The position numbers and the translations under genes were made by a program. From NCBI RefSeq assembly GCF_009914755.1, contig NC_060932.1: a stretch of DNA of 64,000 nucleotides; one strand, written 5' to 3'. Shown in pieces: positions 1 to 13,033 of the stretch; position 1 is the first letter of the stretch, and the number at the start of each line of letters is the position of its first letter. The stretch is from the human T2T-CHM13v2.0 reference genome, Homo sapiens. The notes under the pieces were generated by a model, which saw only the letters and a list, made by a program, of their open reading frames with translations, ran no database searches and was not told the DNA's origin.

Positions 1-3000
1 GTTTTGTACAGTTACAGTGATTGCTTTTCCACAGTATTTCTGCAAAACCTCTCATAGATTCAGTTTTTGCTGGCTTCTTGTGCATTGCATTATGATGTTG
101 ACTGGATGTATGATTTGCAAGACTTGCAACTTTCCCTCTGTTTGCTTGTAGTAGCACCCGATCAGTATGTCTTGTAATGGCACATCCATCCAGATATGCC
201 TCTCTTGTGTATGAAGTTTTCTTTGCTTTCAGAATATGAAATGAGTTGTGTCTACTCTGCCAGCCAAAGGTTTGCCTCATTGGGCTCTGAGATAATAGTA
301 GATCCAACAGCATGCTACTATTAAATACAGCAAGAAACTGCATTAAGTAATGTTAAATATTAGGAAGAAAGTAATACTGTGATTTAAAAAAAAACTATAT
401 TATTAATCAGAAGACAGCTTGCTCTTACTAAAAGGAGCTCTCATTTACTTTATTTGATTTTATTTTTCTTGACAAAAAGCAACAGTTTTAGGGATAGCTT
501 AGAAAATGGGTTCTGGCTTGCTATCAGGGTAAATCTAACACCTTACAAGAGGACTGAGTGTCACTTTCTCTCTGGGGGAATGATCCAGCAGCTTATCTAG
601 TTGACAATCAAAACACGGCTGATAAAGGTGCAATCATTTCTGACATGTATTTTTCACTGATTTTGAAGCTAGTGATTGGTTGTGTCTTCTTGGCTCAAAA
701 AGAAGCATATTACGGCACAAAAAGCCCAGCCCAGACAGCACATGCAGCATTTTGTCTGAAATACTTCTAGAGTCAAACGTGCCTGCTGTACATAGCGATG
801 ACTTGTCATCATAGGGAAGTATTTCCATCGTAGAGTGTTCAGAAGGAGTGACTGTATAGGTGGAGAGAAGCTTAGTGACTCCGTTGAAATTTTAAAATGT
901 GGATGACCACCCCTTTCTCCCCCTTATTTTTCTTTTATCTTTCCATGTTGCCTTGATCAGGTCATAACTATGCATGAACATTTTTTATCAGGAATGGCCG
1001 ATGTGTATGTGATTTGTAATCACAAGTAATGATTCATCAGGAAATGTCAATCCTGTTGGAAAGATTGCACCTTTACTTGCAGAAGTGACCCCCACCTGTG
1101 TCCTGACCTCTCCATTTACAGGCTCTCTCACCCATTTCCCCCACCTCCTTTAATTTTTGCTTTACTGTCATAAAGTAGGACTAAGATTGGTCTAAGCATT
1201 GCATGTTCTTTTGTGATGGTAAATCCAAAGGAAGGCCTATAAGTATTAACATTTGAAATAACTGCTAATTCAGGAAAATGGAAGAAAAAAAATTATTTGA
1301 AACACAGAACCCATTTCATGGCCTGCCTGATATCTGTGAAATCAGGGCTGGAGCTTTACTTAGGATTCACATGGCCTCCTAGGAACCATGGGACAAATGG
1401 GAAACAGGTTATCGGGGGATTCATGAAGTCAGTGAGAGTAATTGCTTCTTTTTTGCGGGTGAACTGAATGTATTTCTTCACCAAATCTTGATGTTAACAA
1501 TTAAAAAGAAGAAATGACATGCAAGTAGGTCTTAGCAGAAAAATGCAGGCTGGGCATGAGTCATGTTGTTACCCTCCCACATGCTCCTACAATCCACAGA
1601 GATGCCTGTCTGCAGGTTCTTGAAGTTATTGTTAGTATTTGGTATCTCAAATTTTTCGTCACTGTTCACATGCCACTTTCTCTGTGCACAGTGGTATCCT
1701 CATTTGCTTTTTAACCTACACTGAGGAGTCTTTGTCAGGTTGCACTGATTTTCCAATTCTGCAGTAATGAGTAAGCTCACGGCATGGGGAAGAAGACAGT
1801 CAGTCCAATGAAGTTCTCTAAATTATTTTAACATTGCCTTTGAAGGCCTTGACTCATCCTTAGCTATTTCAATGAAGAAATTCCTACCATGAATTTAAAA
1901 CCCTAAAAATTCTGTTTCAAATTCTTTGGGCATTGGGGTACTCAGATATCCCATTGTGGAAGAATTTTAAGAATAAATAGAAGTTTCTGTTGAGAACCAT
2001 GAGCAACATGTTTCTTACAATGAGAATTGCTATGCATTTTAAAATTGCAAATATATATGAAAATTGAAGACAAGAGGAAATTGTATTTCTAACTTGATTC
2101 TGATCACTCACAGAGGTGGCATATTATTATAGTTGGGACATCCTTTGCACCCTTCATAAAAAAGGCCAGCTGACTGCTCAGCATCACCTGCCAAGGCCAC
2201 TAGATTTGTGTTTACAGGGGTATCTCTGTGATGCTTGTCACATCACTCTTGACCACCTCTGTTAATAAATTCCGACAGTGCAGTGGCGATCGGAGTGTGA
2301 ACTTATGTTCCCAGCATATGGAAAGCTATCTTAGGTTTTAAGGTAGTAGAAATTGCCCAGGAGTTTGACAGCAACTTTGTTTCCCGGGTCTAAAATCGTA
2401 TCCCACTGAGGTGTATGCAGTGGAGCATAATACATGCAAATACATGCAAAACTCCTTTTGTTTCACCTAAGATTCACTTTCTATCTTACTTTCCCTTCCT
2501 GCCTAGTGTGACTTTTGCCCCCAAGAGTGCCTGGACAGCATTCTAGTTTCTACAAAATGGTCCTCTGTGTAGGTGAATGTGTCCCAAACCTGCTATCACT
2601 TTCTTGTTTCAGTGTGACTGTCTTGTTAGAGGTGAAGTTTATCCAGGGTAACTTGCTCACTAACTATTCCTTTTTATGGCCTGGGGTTAAAGGGCGCATG
2701 GCTCACACTGGTGAAAATAAGGAAGGCCTGGTCTTATCTTGTATTAATAATACTGGCTGCATTCCACCAGCCAGAGATTTCTATCTGCGAAGACCTATGA
2801 AACACTGAAGAGAAATGTAGGCAGAAGGAAATGGCCACATATCACAAGTTCTATTATATATTCTTTTGTAAATACATATTGTATATTACTTGGATGTTTT
2901 CTTATATCATTTACTGTCTTTTTGAGTTAATGTCAGTTTTTACTCTCTCAACTTACTATGTAACATTGTAAATAACATAATGTCCTTTATTATTTATATT

Positions 3001-3315
3001 TAAGCATCTAACATATAGAGTTGTTTTCATATAAGTTTAAGATAAATGTCAAAAATATATGTTCTTTTGTTTTTCTTTGCTTTAAAATTATGTATCTTTT
3101 CCTTTTCTTTTTTTTAAGAATAATTTATTGTTCAGGAGAAAGAATGTATATGTAACTGAAACTATCTGAAGAATGCACACTGAAGGCCGTGAGGTACTGA
3201 TAAACTAAAGAATTTATTATTCAAAATACTAAGCAATAAGTAATTGTGATTTATTTAAAGTTTTGTCCATTTTCCATGAAAGACATACTGCAATAAAAAT
3301 GCTACTCTGTGGAGA
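1..3315 (+). other. NRG1: NRG1 terminal exon, 3' UTR (stop codon lies upstream of the window)
   Basis: Positions 1-395 (gttttgtacagttacagtgattgcttttccacagtatttctgc...gtaatactgtgatttaaaaaaaaact) match the NRG1 mRNA 3' UTR as I recall it. The region is repeat-free and AT-rich, and ends in an AU-rich block with AATAAA at 3292. Confidence 0.88.
3292..3297 (+). terminator. Poly(A) signal AATAAA, candidate intermediate NRG1 3' end
   Basis: Canonical hexamer after a ~450-nt U/AU-rich block with several TGTA motifs. Confidence 0.65.
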
Positions 3316-5659
3316 CCTGGGAGTGTTGCTCAGCAGACTACAGCTTCAGTCTGTTAGACCAGCACCTTTCATCTCATTCCCATAGTTATGCTAATTTAGG
3401 ATTGTGTTCCATGGACCCCATGATCACCTTGTCTATACGTTGCTTCTTGTCTGTCCATTGCTTTTGCCACACCACCTGTTCTCAAATCATCTCCTCCCTA
3501 CCAATGCTGTTTATCACTTTCTTCCTTGTTGAAGAGGCCACACAACCAGACAGTACTATGCTTCCTTTTTCCTCCATACACAATAACAGAGAGAGAATAT
3601 TCTAGGGCATGACTGCCTGGATCCTGGCTGTTGCTATCTTTTGTAGTGGCAGTAAGAAACTCCTTCAGACTAATGAAAATGTCAACGTGCCATTCAATCA
3701 CGAAAGGTAACGAAAAATGCTCTCATGGTTCAAATAGTCCAATGGCCCATAGTGGCCTAAAAGGCAGCCAGTTGACACCTGGCCATGCTAAGCTTCCTTA
3801 TACCATCCGCTAATGACTTTCCATTGGGCCCACAATTTACGGATTCATAATTTTAAAAGAGGAGAAGGCCAAGTTAGGTTCATTCCCCTTATTCTGTCAA
3901 TAAAACAAATCAAACTCATGTCTATCTAACTGCTCAGGGAGGAGCCTTTGCATGAGAAAATTCTCATATTCTAAGACTGAGTCATAGAAATGAGGGTATT
4001 ACTTTTCTTACTGCAATTAACCTAAACAAAAGCCATATTTTAACAAATAGATATTTGCATGGTACCCTTCATATATTCCAAGCATTTCACTCATTATTCC
4101 AGGTAGGTTAAGAGCTTCTGAAGTGTATGAAGTAAAGGTCAGCAATCCTTTGGGGTGAACAGTGGCCTCCTTTGGAGTTTGGGGGTAACCTGAGACTTCC
4201 CACCAATGTCCACCTCCATCTGTGTACCTAATTCCTATTACCTAGTTATGGCTCCTCTAGGATCATTTCCAAACACTCTGGATGTCCAGGAAATTTAAAT
4301 TGTAGCTTTTGACTGAGCTAGTTTTTCCTATTTATATTAATAAATTTTCAAAAATGCTTGAAATCTTCACATTTGCAACAACTTTAGTTTTCATGCACAT
4401 ACAAACACAGAGAGACAAAAATTCCAAACAGACACTCTCCAAAAGCCACCACACTCTTTCACTTGCTCTATAGTCATTTAGCCAACCAGCCATGCAGAGA
4501 ATATTTAAAACTTAAAGATTGAGACATTATTCTCAGTTTTTGCTGAGGCTTTGTAACGAAATTGAACACTATAAGCAGCTATTGTAGTAATTTTGGTTAA
4601 AATTGTTTGCCTGGGATATAGTATTTGAGGCAGAAGCACGTGTGTGAAGGAGGTGAGGTGGTTTGGAAAGAGTGAAGACTCGCAGCCAGATTGAATGTCT
4701 GGATAATTACTATAATTCTCCCTTCTTGGTTGAAACCATGTTCTCTCTTGATTTTTAAACCCAGGCTGCCTCTGGAAACAAGCAAACCTGAGTCTTTCTA
4801 ACCTGAGTCTTCCCAATCATTAGATTTCTTTTCTGTCCTAACGATGAATGATAAAAGGACTTGATGTTCACAATTTGGGGTTATAAGGCAGGTCTGAAAT
4901 CTGGAGACTCAAGATGCTGGAAGGAGTGGAAAGTTTCGATGACTTTATATGAATCACTTTGCACTCTATGTTTGGCTTGTCCTCTTTGAAACTGATTTAC
5001 TAAAATAAATGTAAGGGAACTATTACTCCAAAAGATTAACTTGGCAGGAAATACCAATACTTTCAGTTTATGAAAGACAAAACTGTCTTGTTGCTACAGG
5101 AAGCTGCAATGTTCCTAACCTTTAAGGTTGGTGTTGAATAGGGTGGTCATGCCCTCCCCTGCAGGTATCTTTAGGCTCCTGTTGACCTCCTGGTACTATA
5201 ACTGTTCGTCTTCTCTGGGTAGCTATTGATTTTGAACTTTAACATGCTTCAAAACTTTATTCATCAGGGAAATAGGAAAAGAGTTTTGTTACCTGGAGGA
5301 AATCTATTGTGATCTACCTGAGCTTTTTAAAAACAGACCAGGAGAAGGAAACCAGTAATTTTTAAAGAAGAGACAGAGAATGGGATAATAGTTTCACCCA
5401 GGATCTCTTTCTAACCCTTTCCCTTCAAATGAACTTATTGGAACAGAATTGGAAAGAAGAAAGGACATCTCTGCCCACCCCACAGGATGCCAAAAAGGCT
5501 AAAGAATTACCTCTGTAGATTTAAACATCTTTAATGGCTTATGTATAGATTTGCTAATACAGAGAGAAATGAACTATTAAATAAAAATCACATTTTATAA
5601 TATTTTTATGGCTTAAAACATCCTTTATCTCCTTTTTGTTCTCTCTACATGATATGGTA

Positions 5660-5780
5660 AGTGATGAGGAAAATTTAGGCTCAGGAAGGTTAAAATCTTT
5701 CTTGGAGTTACACATCTAAGAGAGCTGCAGAGCTGACACTTGTACCCAGGTTTTCTGACTGCAAATCCAGTTTCTTTCTA
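5660..5780 (-). mobile_element. MIR SINE fragment
   Basis: gatgaggaaaatttaggctcaggaaggttaa...acccaggttttctgactgcaaatcc resembles the MIR core. Confidence 0.6.
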
Positions 5781-6460
5781 TTGCGTTCTTCCCCTTTCCC
5801 TGCCTCAAGCAGAAACAGGTTTTTTATTTTCAACCTTTGTGTATACAGTATGTTATGTTACATCTACAGCTAAGTTTCTTTTTAGAAGAATGTGAGCCCT
5901 TCTAGCTTTGGTTTAGAGTGATTCTAGAAGCCAATTTCCTTGGCTTAGTGATTCTATGCACCTTTCCTAAACTTAGCTTTCTAAGGAAATGAAGTGTACG
6001 AGTGAGAATGAATTCACAATTTCGACATGTAGGTAGCATCCTAAAGTGAAAAGAGGAGGAAATTTGTGGTCAAAGCACTCTCCCCACCACTTAGAAACTT
6101 ACTGACTGTGGGCAGCTTCCTCCTCCAAGTTTCCTTCCTGATTTACAAGACCGTGGTGTGGTCAGGATTAAACTTGAATACATGTAAGGAAGCCTGAAAG
6201 TGTCTAACACATAGCGAGTATTCAAATGCCACCTTCTATTTGATCCTTCCCCTCCAGTTCCTTAAGTTTTGGAATCTAGGTTTCTCAGTTCCAAATGGAT
6301 TGACATTTGCATATCCCCATTGCACAATGGATCAAATAAACTTTATGTTATCATTTCTCCAACATAGTGCCAGTAAGCAAATCCTTTTTAATAACAACAG
6401 TATGTTGAGAAACATATCACCAAATAATATTTAACTTTGTAGCTTTGATAAGTTCTTTAG

Positions 6461-6775
<315 letters not shown>

Positions 6776-7061
6776 TAACTTTATGTTTGTTTTTTTGATG
6801 CAGTATAAGTTCAGCTTGCTTCTTATGCAGCCATACCATTTCATGTTAACTCTGATTTTTAGCAGCTTATTACATTAGTGTTTTATTATTAATATAATTT
6901 TACAGAAATTTACTAAACCATGACTCTGTAGAGTTTTAATAATACTACCTCCAAACATCATTGCAAACATCTAGAAGAATGAACAAAAATGATCTTAGAT
7001 CGACAGTATATCTGTTTGTCTTAGTTTCTACACAGGATGTTCAGACATATTCCATTTCTTT

Positions 7062-7490
<429 letters not shown>

Positions 7491-9258
7491 TCAGATTAAA
7501 TTCTAAATGTGAGAAACCACATAGCTCCCATGATCCATCCAATAATTCCTCACGTCCTCTTCACTCTTTACTCCATGCATAAAACAGAATTTTTTTTTCT
7601 CATCCTGGGTATGAAGCAATTAATAATTTACGGATTTAGCCTATTTGGATTCAATCCCTTCAAACTCCATACTACATCCAAGGTGGAAGTGACTTAAACT
7701 CTGATATCAATCATCAGGCTTGTAATATAGGCTTTGTTAATGGCAGGAGAGTCTAATAAAACTTTCTGTTCCTTATCCTTCATTTAAATGAAAAACTTTT
7801 TATTGAAAACAATCATAACTCTAGCTCATCATAAATATAATTCATGAGGACATTTTATTATTTTTATATTAAAGAAATAATATTATAGATGTAAACTTTG
7901 CACCTTTCTAATTATTATCATGAGTTAAGCTAATACTTGTCTTCTGGTCCCTAGATGATGATTCTTTTTTGCCTTACTGGAGGAGCCCTTGTCTTGAAGT
8001 GAGTTGCTTCAACAGCAGAGGACTTCTAGTTTCTCCCAGTTGAGCCTAAAGTGAACTTTTCATCTTCTTCAGAGGAAGGGGCTTCCTTGATTTGTACTTT
8101 TGTGGCTCCTCAGATAACACAGACAATTTTATCTTGGATCCCAGGTTCTCTTCACCATTAAGAATAAGAAAGAGAGAAAATGCTGTGCATGACAGCCACC
8201 TACTCCAAACTACCCAACCCCCTGTAACCAGGTACCTTCCAACAACGAGATGATTCTGCCCTCACTCAAGAGTCTCCCCCACAAAGATTCCATTCTCCCT
8301 TTACTTTTTATTTTTTATTTTTTTGCAAAACAAAGGCCTCCTTTAGTACCTCCTTAGTTTATAACCCTTATCTTCCCAGCTCTTCCCTTCACTGATACCT
8401 CTGATTTCAAAAGTTCTGAAGTCGGAAGACCACACAATTTCAGACTGTGAACAGAAATTCAGTCAGAAATTATTGGAGTTAGAAAGAATTTAGAGAAATT
8501 GTATTGAACTAGAAAGTCCTCTTTGATTAGTGGTGGCCCTTTAGAAAGTTCTAGGGCAGAGTCCCATGGTGTTTCATCTTTTCCATGATTTGCTTGACCA
8601 AAAACTTTTCTTTCACAACATGAAAATATGCTAATCCACCACACATTTTGGATTCTGCTCTGTTTGCCTGAGGTGTTAGATCTCTAGCCAGGACTGTGAA
8701 GGGAAGGAACTTGAATCCTTCCTATTGAGCTATTAATGCAGAGTCAGTGAGATGAAGGGTTCCACTCGGGGTCAAAATCATGTCAGTTACCAAGCAAAGG
8801 AGCAAGTAAGGGGAAACATCTCCTCATCTGGTTAGTGGAGCCACATTTCACCCACTGATCAAGCCAGACCTGAGCAATAGTCTAGATTTCTCCCTCCACA
8901 TCTAATTGGTGACAATGGTGATTGTACCACTGACAGGTCACACAAGTCCACACCCTCCTTCACAGCCTCACTGCTTCGGCTCTTGTTTATGCTCTTATCA
9001 GCATCTGTCACTAGGATCCATTTGTCTCCTGACTCATCTACTTCCTTTCACTCCCCTGGGCCATCCTTCACATCATGCTAGAAGACTGTGTCTAACTTGC
9101 AGAACTTATTGTGTCAATCTCCTGGTTACGGCCCCTCCATGGCTCCCCACCTGACATAGGAGGCCCTTCACAATCTGGCTTCTGTCACTCATAACTTGTC
9201 TCCAGCCTTCATTCTTCAGTCTGATTTTATGGTTTTCTAGTTCCCCAATACACCACAC

Positions 9259-9760
9259 CAGTGTTTATGAAACCCTAGTCATTGGCCTACGAACTTTATG
9301 ATTATTGACATATTCATGTACCACCTGTATTATTTTTTGCATAGTGTTTATTTTTAATTGACTACATTTTTAACTACAATAAAGTAATTTCAACTAAAAC
9401 TTGGTATCAATGCTGCGAATGGAAAACTGCTATCAGTTGCCATAATAAAAATGAAACTGTAAAAATAAATATAATAAAAATGAAACAAAGTTATTAAGTT
9501 CTAACCAGATACTGTTGCCTGCTCAAAGGTCTGAGCAATAAGCCTGTTCTCTGTTTGACACAAAGGGAGTTCAGAAAGTGTTAGAGAGATAGAAAATATT
9601 TTGGGGAAGCACAGAAAGATTTATTCCCTGAGTTAGCCAGGATTGAGAGGGAGTTGATAGAGCAGTTACTTCTATGGTTTTGTTCAATGTTATTTAATGC
9701 TTGATCCTAGAATCATCCTGCATACAACATTCAGTCATCCACATATCTCAGGAAGCACAA
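9259..9760 (+). mobile_element. hAT-Charlie DNA transposon (Charlie4a-like)
   Basis: Begins CAGTGTTT. Internal 'gtaccacctgta', 'atggaaaactgctatcagttgccata' and 'agatactgttgcctgc' match the recalled Charlie4a consensus; ~500 bp. Confidence 0.7.
9378..9383 (+). terminator. Poly(A) signal AATAAA, candidate distal NRG1 3' end (further copies at 9444, 9464, 9473)
   Basis: Four AATAAA within 100 nt, with two TGTA motifs about 50-60 nt upstream. Confidence 0.5.
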
Positions 9761-10525
9761 TATTGTGCTTGCTACATATCCCTGCCCTTGTTCTGTTTTA
9801 CTGGAACTCCCTTCTCCATTCGTCCTCCTGACAAACTTCTTTCGCCCTCTCTCTGGATAAAGAGAGTTTCCTTCTCTGGGATTCCTTCCATGACCTATTT
9901 CCAAGTTTCCAGGCCTTGAGTGTTCCTTCATTGCTATCTCATAGCACGCCATACACTCTCCAACACAGCATTTTCCATCTATCTCAGAACTTGTAGTTAA
10001 CTGCAACTCCTCCCTCAGCAGACCATCCGTTCATTGAGGACAGACAAAGACACTGTCTTATTTGTGTATGCCCACTGCCTAAGACAGTGCCTGGAACGTT
10101 GTAGACACTGGACATCTACAGAATGTATCCCTGGCAGCGAGAGACTCAGTTGCCATAGGTTGGCAAGCACATGAGGAATCTAGGGGATCATAGTGACCTT
10201 TAAAGCTAAGATCAAGAAAAGAGTAACCTGTAAATTGTTACAACAAAATCAGAAATGTAGGAGTAGAACCAAGCTTGCTAAGTCATGGTCAAAAACACTA
10301 TAGGTCAGAGTTCAAGGAATGGAGGCTTCAAAGTTTAGACTAGATTTTGCAGTGAATGCATGAGTACTAAATATACCTTTACGCTTGTCTTGGCTCCCTC
10401 TCCACCCAGGAACCCAAGATTAAAATTAACCCTTCATTTCTCTTCTTCCTCCTTCCATCCCCTCTCGCATCTTCTCAAGGTCTCAAAAATAAAGCCCTCT
10501 AGTTGAGCATTCTTCACTAGGTCAG

Positions 10526-10907
10526 GTTGTTTTTTTTTCTCAACTTTTATTTTAGATTCAGAGGATACATGTGCAGGTTTGTTTACATGGGTACATTGTG
10601 TGATGCTGAGGTTTGGGCTACGAATGATGCCATTCACTAGGTAGCGAACATAATACCCAACAGACAGTTTTTCAACCCTTTCACCCCCTAGTAGTCCCCA
10701 GGGCCTATTGTTCCCATCTTTATGTCCATGAGTACCCAATGTTTAGCTCCCACTTATAAGTGAGAACATGCAGTATTTGGCTTTCTGTTCCTGCATTAAA
10801 GCCCTTAGGATAACAGCCTCCAGCTACATCCATGTTGCTTCAAAGGACATGATTTTGTTCTTTTTTTAATAGCTGTGTAGTATTCCATGGTATATATGTA
10901 CCACATT
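10526..10907 (-). mobile_element. 5'-truncated L1PA (L1PA15/16-like) 3' end
   Basis: L1 3' UTR with T tail. TSD taggtcag at 10518-10525 and 10908-10915. Confidence 0.88.
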
Positions 10908-11722
10908 TAGGTCAGCCTTATAAAGAAGATTTCCTTATTGACCGTAGCATCAAACCCAACCTAAGTGCTCAGTCCTTTGAAGAGGTACAAAGATATCCTT
11001 GCATAGAACAAGCCCACAAGTTTTCCAGATGTGTGGGTTGAGTAAAACATATGAAATGAACATGCCGTATAAATCAGTGAAATATGTAATTTGTTATTCT
11101 GGATAGAATGCTGATTTGCAAGACTAAGTGTTCAGGGATATTTTCTAGGTAATTCCACTTCATACGTAGGCACAGTATAACTATTTGCAAGGGAGAAGAG
11201 GGGCACCTAATATTACCACAGAAGTCTTCTTTTCCCAATAGTTTGCCAGCCTGAAAATGTAGTCTTCTTTATTGATTAAAAAAATCTGTCAAATTGTCAA
11301 CTTAAATGTAAGGCTTTTTGTTTATTGGTTTACCTAGTGATTCTAAAGCTAACTCCAAATTTAGTTACCCAAAGATTAAAAGAATATAGCCGTGTGGTTT
11401 TTTTAAGCTTTCCTGTCCAATATACAAACCCAGTTTGCCACCTGCTCATCAATGGAATTTTATGTAACTTTCAACTTTAAAGATAATTGGATAGGAAATA
11501 CCTACAGAGCTTTTTGAAAATTTCAGTGAAACGGCATGTCCCTGGCATGGAGTTGATCACACCTGCAATCCCTGCCAATCTGTGCTTGTCAGACTCAGAA
11601 TTAGTCTCCTAGGCTGCCTATTCAGTGATGCCTGAAGGTGCCCACACCTGGGATAGCAGATACCACACTGCTCGTGACCTTCTAAATTCCCCACCTAAAG
11701 GGCAGCAGGTTGACAACCAGGT

Positions 11723-12095
11723 TGATAGGGTTAAGTTTTGTGTTGCCACCCAAATCTCATCTTGAATTATAATCCCCAGGTGTTGAGGGAAAGACCTGGA
11801 GGGAAGTGATTGGATTATGGGGGTGGGGGCAGTTTCCCCCAGGCTGTTCTCATGGTAGTGAGTGATTTCTCACGAAATCTGATGGTTTTATAAGGGGCTC
11901 TCCTCCCTTCACTCCTCACTCTGCTCTCCTCCCACCTTGTGGAGTAGGCTGTGTTTACTTCCCCTTCTACCGTGATTGTATGTTCCCCGACACCTCCCCA
12001 GCCATGTGGAATGGTGAGCCAATTAGACCTCTTTCCTTTATAAATTACCCAGTCTCCAGTAGTTCTTTGGATTAGTGTGAGAATGGATTAATACA
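11723..12095 (+). mobile_element. THE1D/THE1C-like MaLR 5' LTR
   Basis: TG...CA termini, 'cccaaatctcatcttgaatt', 'tttataaattacccagtctc'; preceded by TSD CAGGT (11718-11722). Confidence 0.9.
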
Positions 12096-12285
12096 GTGAA
12101 TTGGTACCGCAGAGAGTGGGGTACTGCTATAAAGAAGATACTTGAAAAGGTGTAAGCAACTTCAGAACGGGGTAACGGGCAGAGGTTGGAACGGTTTGGA
12201 GAACTCAGAAGAAGACATGTGGGAGAGCTTAGAACTTCCTAGCGACTTGTAGAATGGTTTTGGCGAAAATGATGATAGTGATATG
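12096..12285 (+). mobile_element. THE1-int 5' segment (truncated)
   Basis: 'aattggtacc...gggtaacgggcagaggttggaacggtttggag...gaacttcctag...gatagtgatatg' is the start of the THE1 internal region. Confidence 0.85.
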
Positions 12286-12776
12286 TGCCCGGCAAGGTGT
12301 CATAGCCCCAGCACTGGGAAGTGGTTGACACGCGGGTTGGTAGAAAGAATTTACCAACAACAGTATAGGATTGAAAAAGGAAAGTTTATTAGAAAGGAAG
12401 AATGCTACAAAAGGGTGCAGCGGAGCACCTCAGTGGGAGGACTGAGTGTACCACGGTGGATTTTTTCTGAGGAGCATTTATGGACCTTAAGGTAGAAGCT
12501 TAGGGTTATGAAATGAGTTTTGGCATGGCATTCCAGAGATGCAGAGAAATTTTAATTATTATACTCATCCAAGTTGAAAGAGGCCTGGAACCAGATGCTG
12601 ACTTTAGATACTAGGGAAGTTTAATTACTTCTTACTTTTCTAGATAAGGAGTTTTGCCTCTGGATGGTCTGTTTAATAGTTACCAGGTGGTATTTGCTCC
12701 CTTCTAAATTCCTCAGACAAGGAGTTTTTTTCTCTGGGGCTTGTTCAATAGTCTCCAGGTGATTTTGCTCTCCTCA
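12286..12776 (-). mobile_element. ERV1 3' LTR (MER83/MER84-like)
   Basis: On the minus strand: TGAGGAGA...GCCGGGCA termini, duplicated 'aactcctt(a/g)tct' U3 unit, AATAAA near the 3' end, polypurine tract AGAGGGAAAA at 12786-12777. Confidence 0.8.
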
Positions 12777-13033
12777 TTTTCCCTCTGACAAATATTTTGG
12801 TCAAATCTTTGACCCTTTATATTCCCCCATGCCTCATGTCTACCTGCTGCCTATTGGGGTCTCAAGAAAGGGAAAACACCATAGTGAAGAGGGGCATCGA
12901 GTCTGTCTGGCTACTTGCTGCTGAAAGGGGAGCACTGAAGGAGATAGGTTGTGTTTTTCCCTTTCTTGTTCTCTGTCACGAAAGCAATTAAGGGTCATGA
13001 AAAACTCGTTCAAGGGTGGGGGATGGGGAGAAA

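Noticed and set aside
320-394. ATTAAA at 320-325 and A9 run at 386-394 as a proximal NRG1 3' end
   Set aside because: The hexamer is ~60 nt from the A-run, so cDNA ends there could be oligo-dT internal priming. It cannot be supported without 3'-end data.
32-3940. miRNA seed matches (CAGTATT miR-200bc/429 at 32-38; CTCAGGGA miR-125 at 3933-3940)
   Set aside because: Single 7-8-mers are expected by chance in several kb, and conservation cannot be assessed here.
558-6434. Short ORFs in the UTR region (e.g. 2515-2808, 3309-3605, 4505-4816)
   Set aside because: No recognisable homology, many non-ATG starts, and lengths expected by chance.
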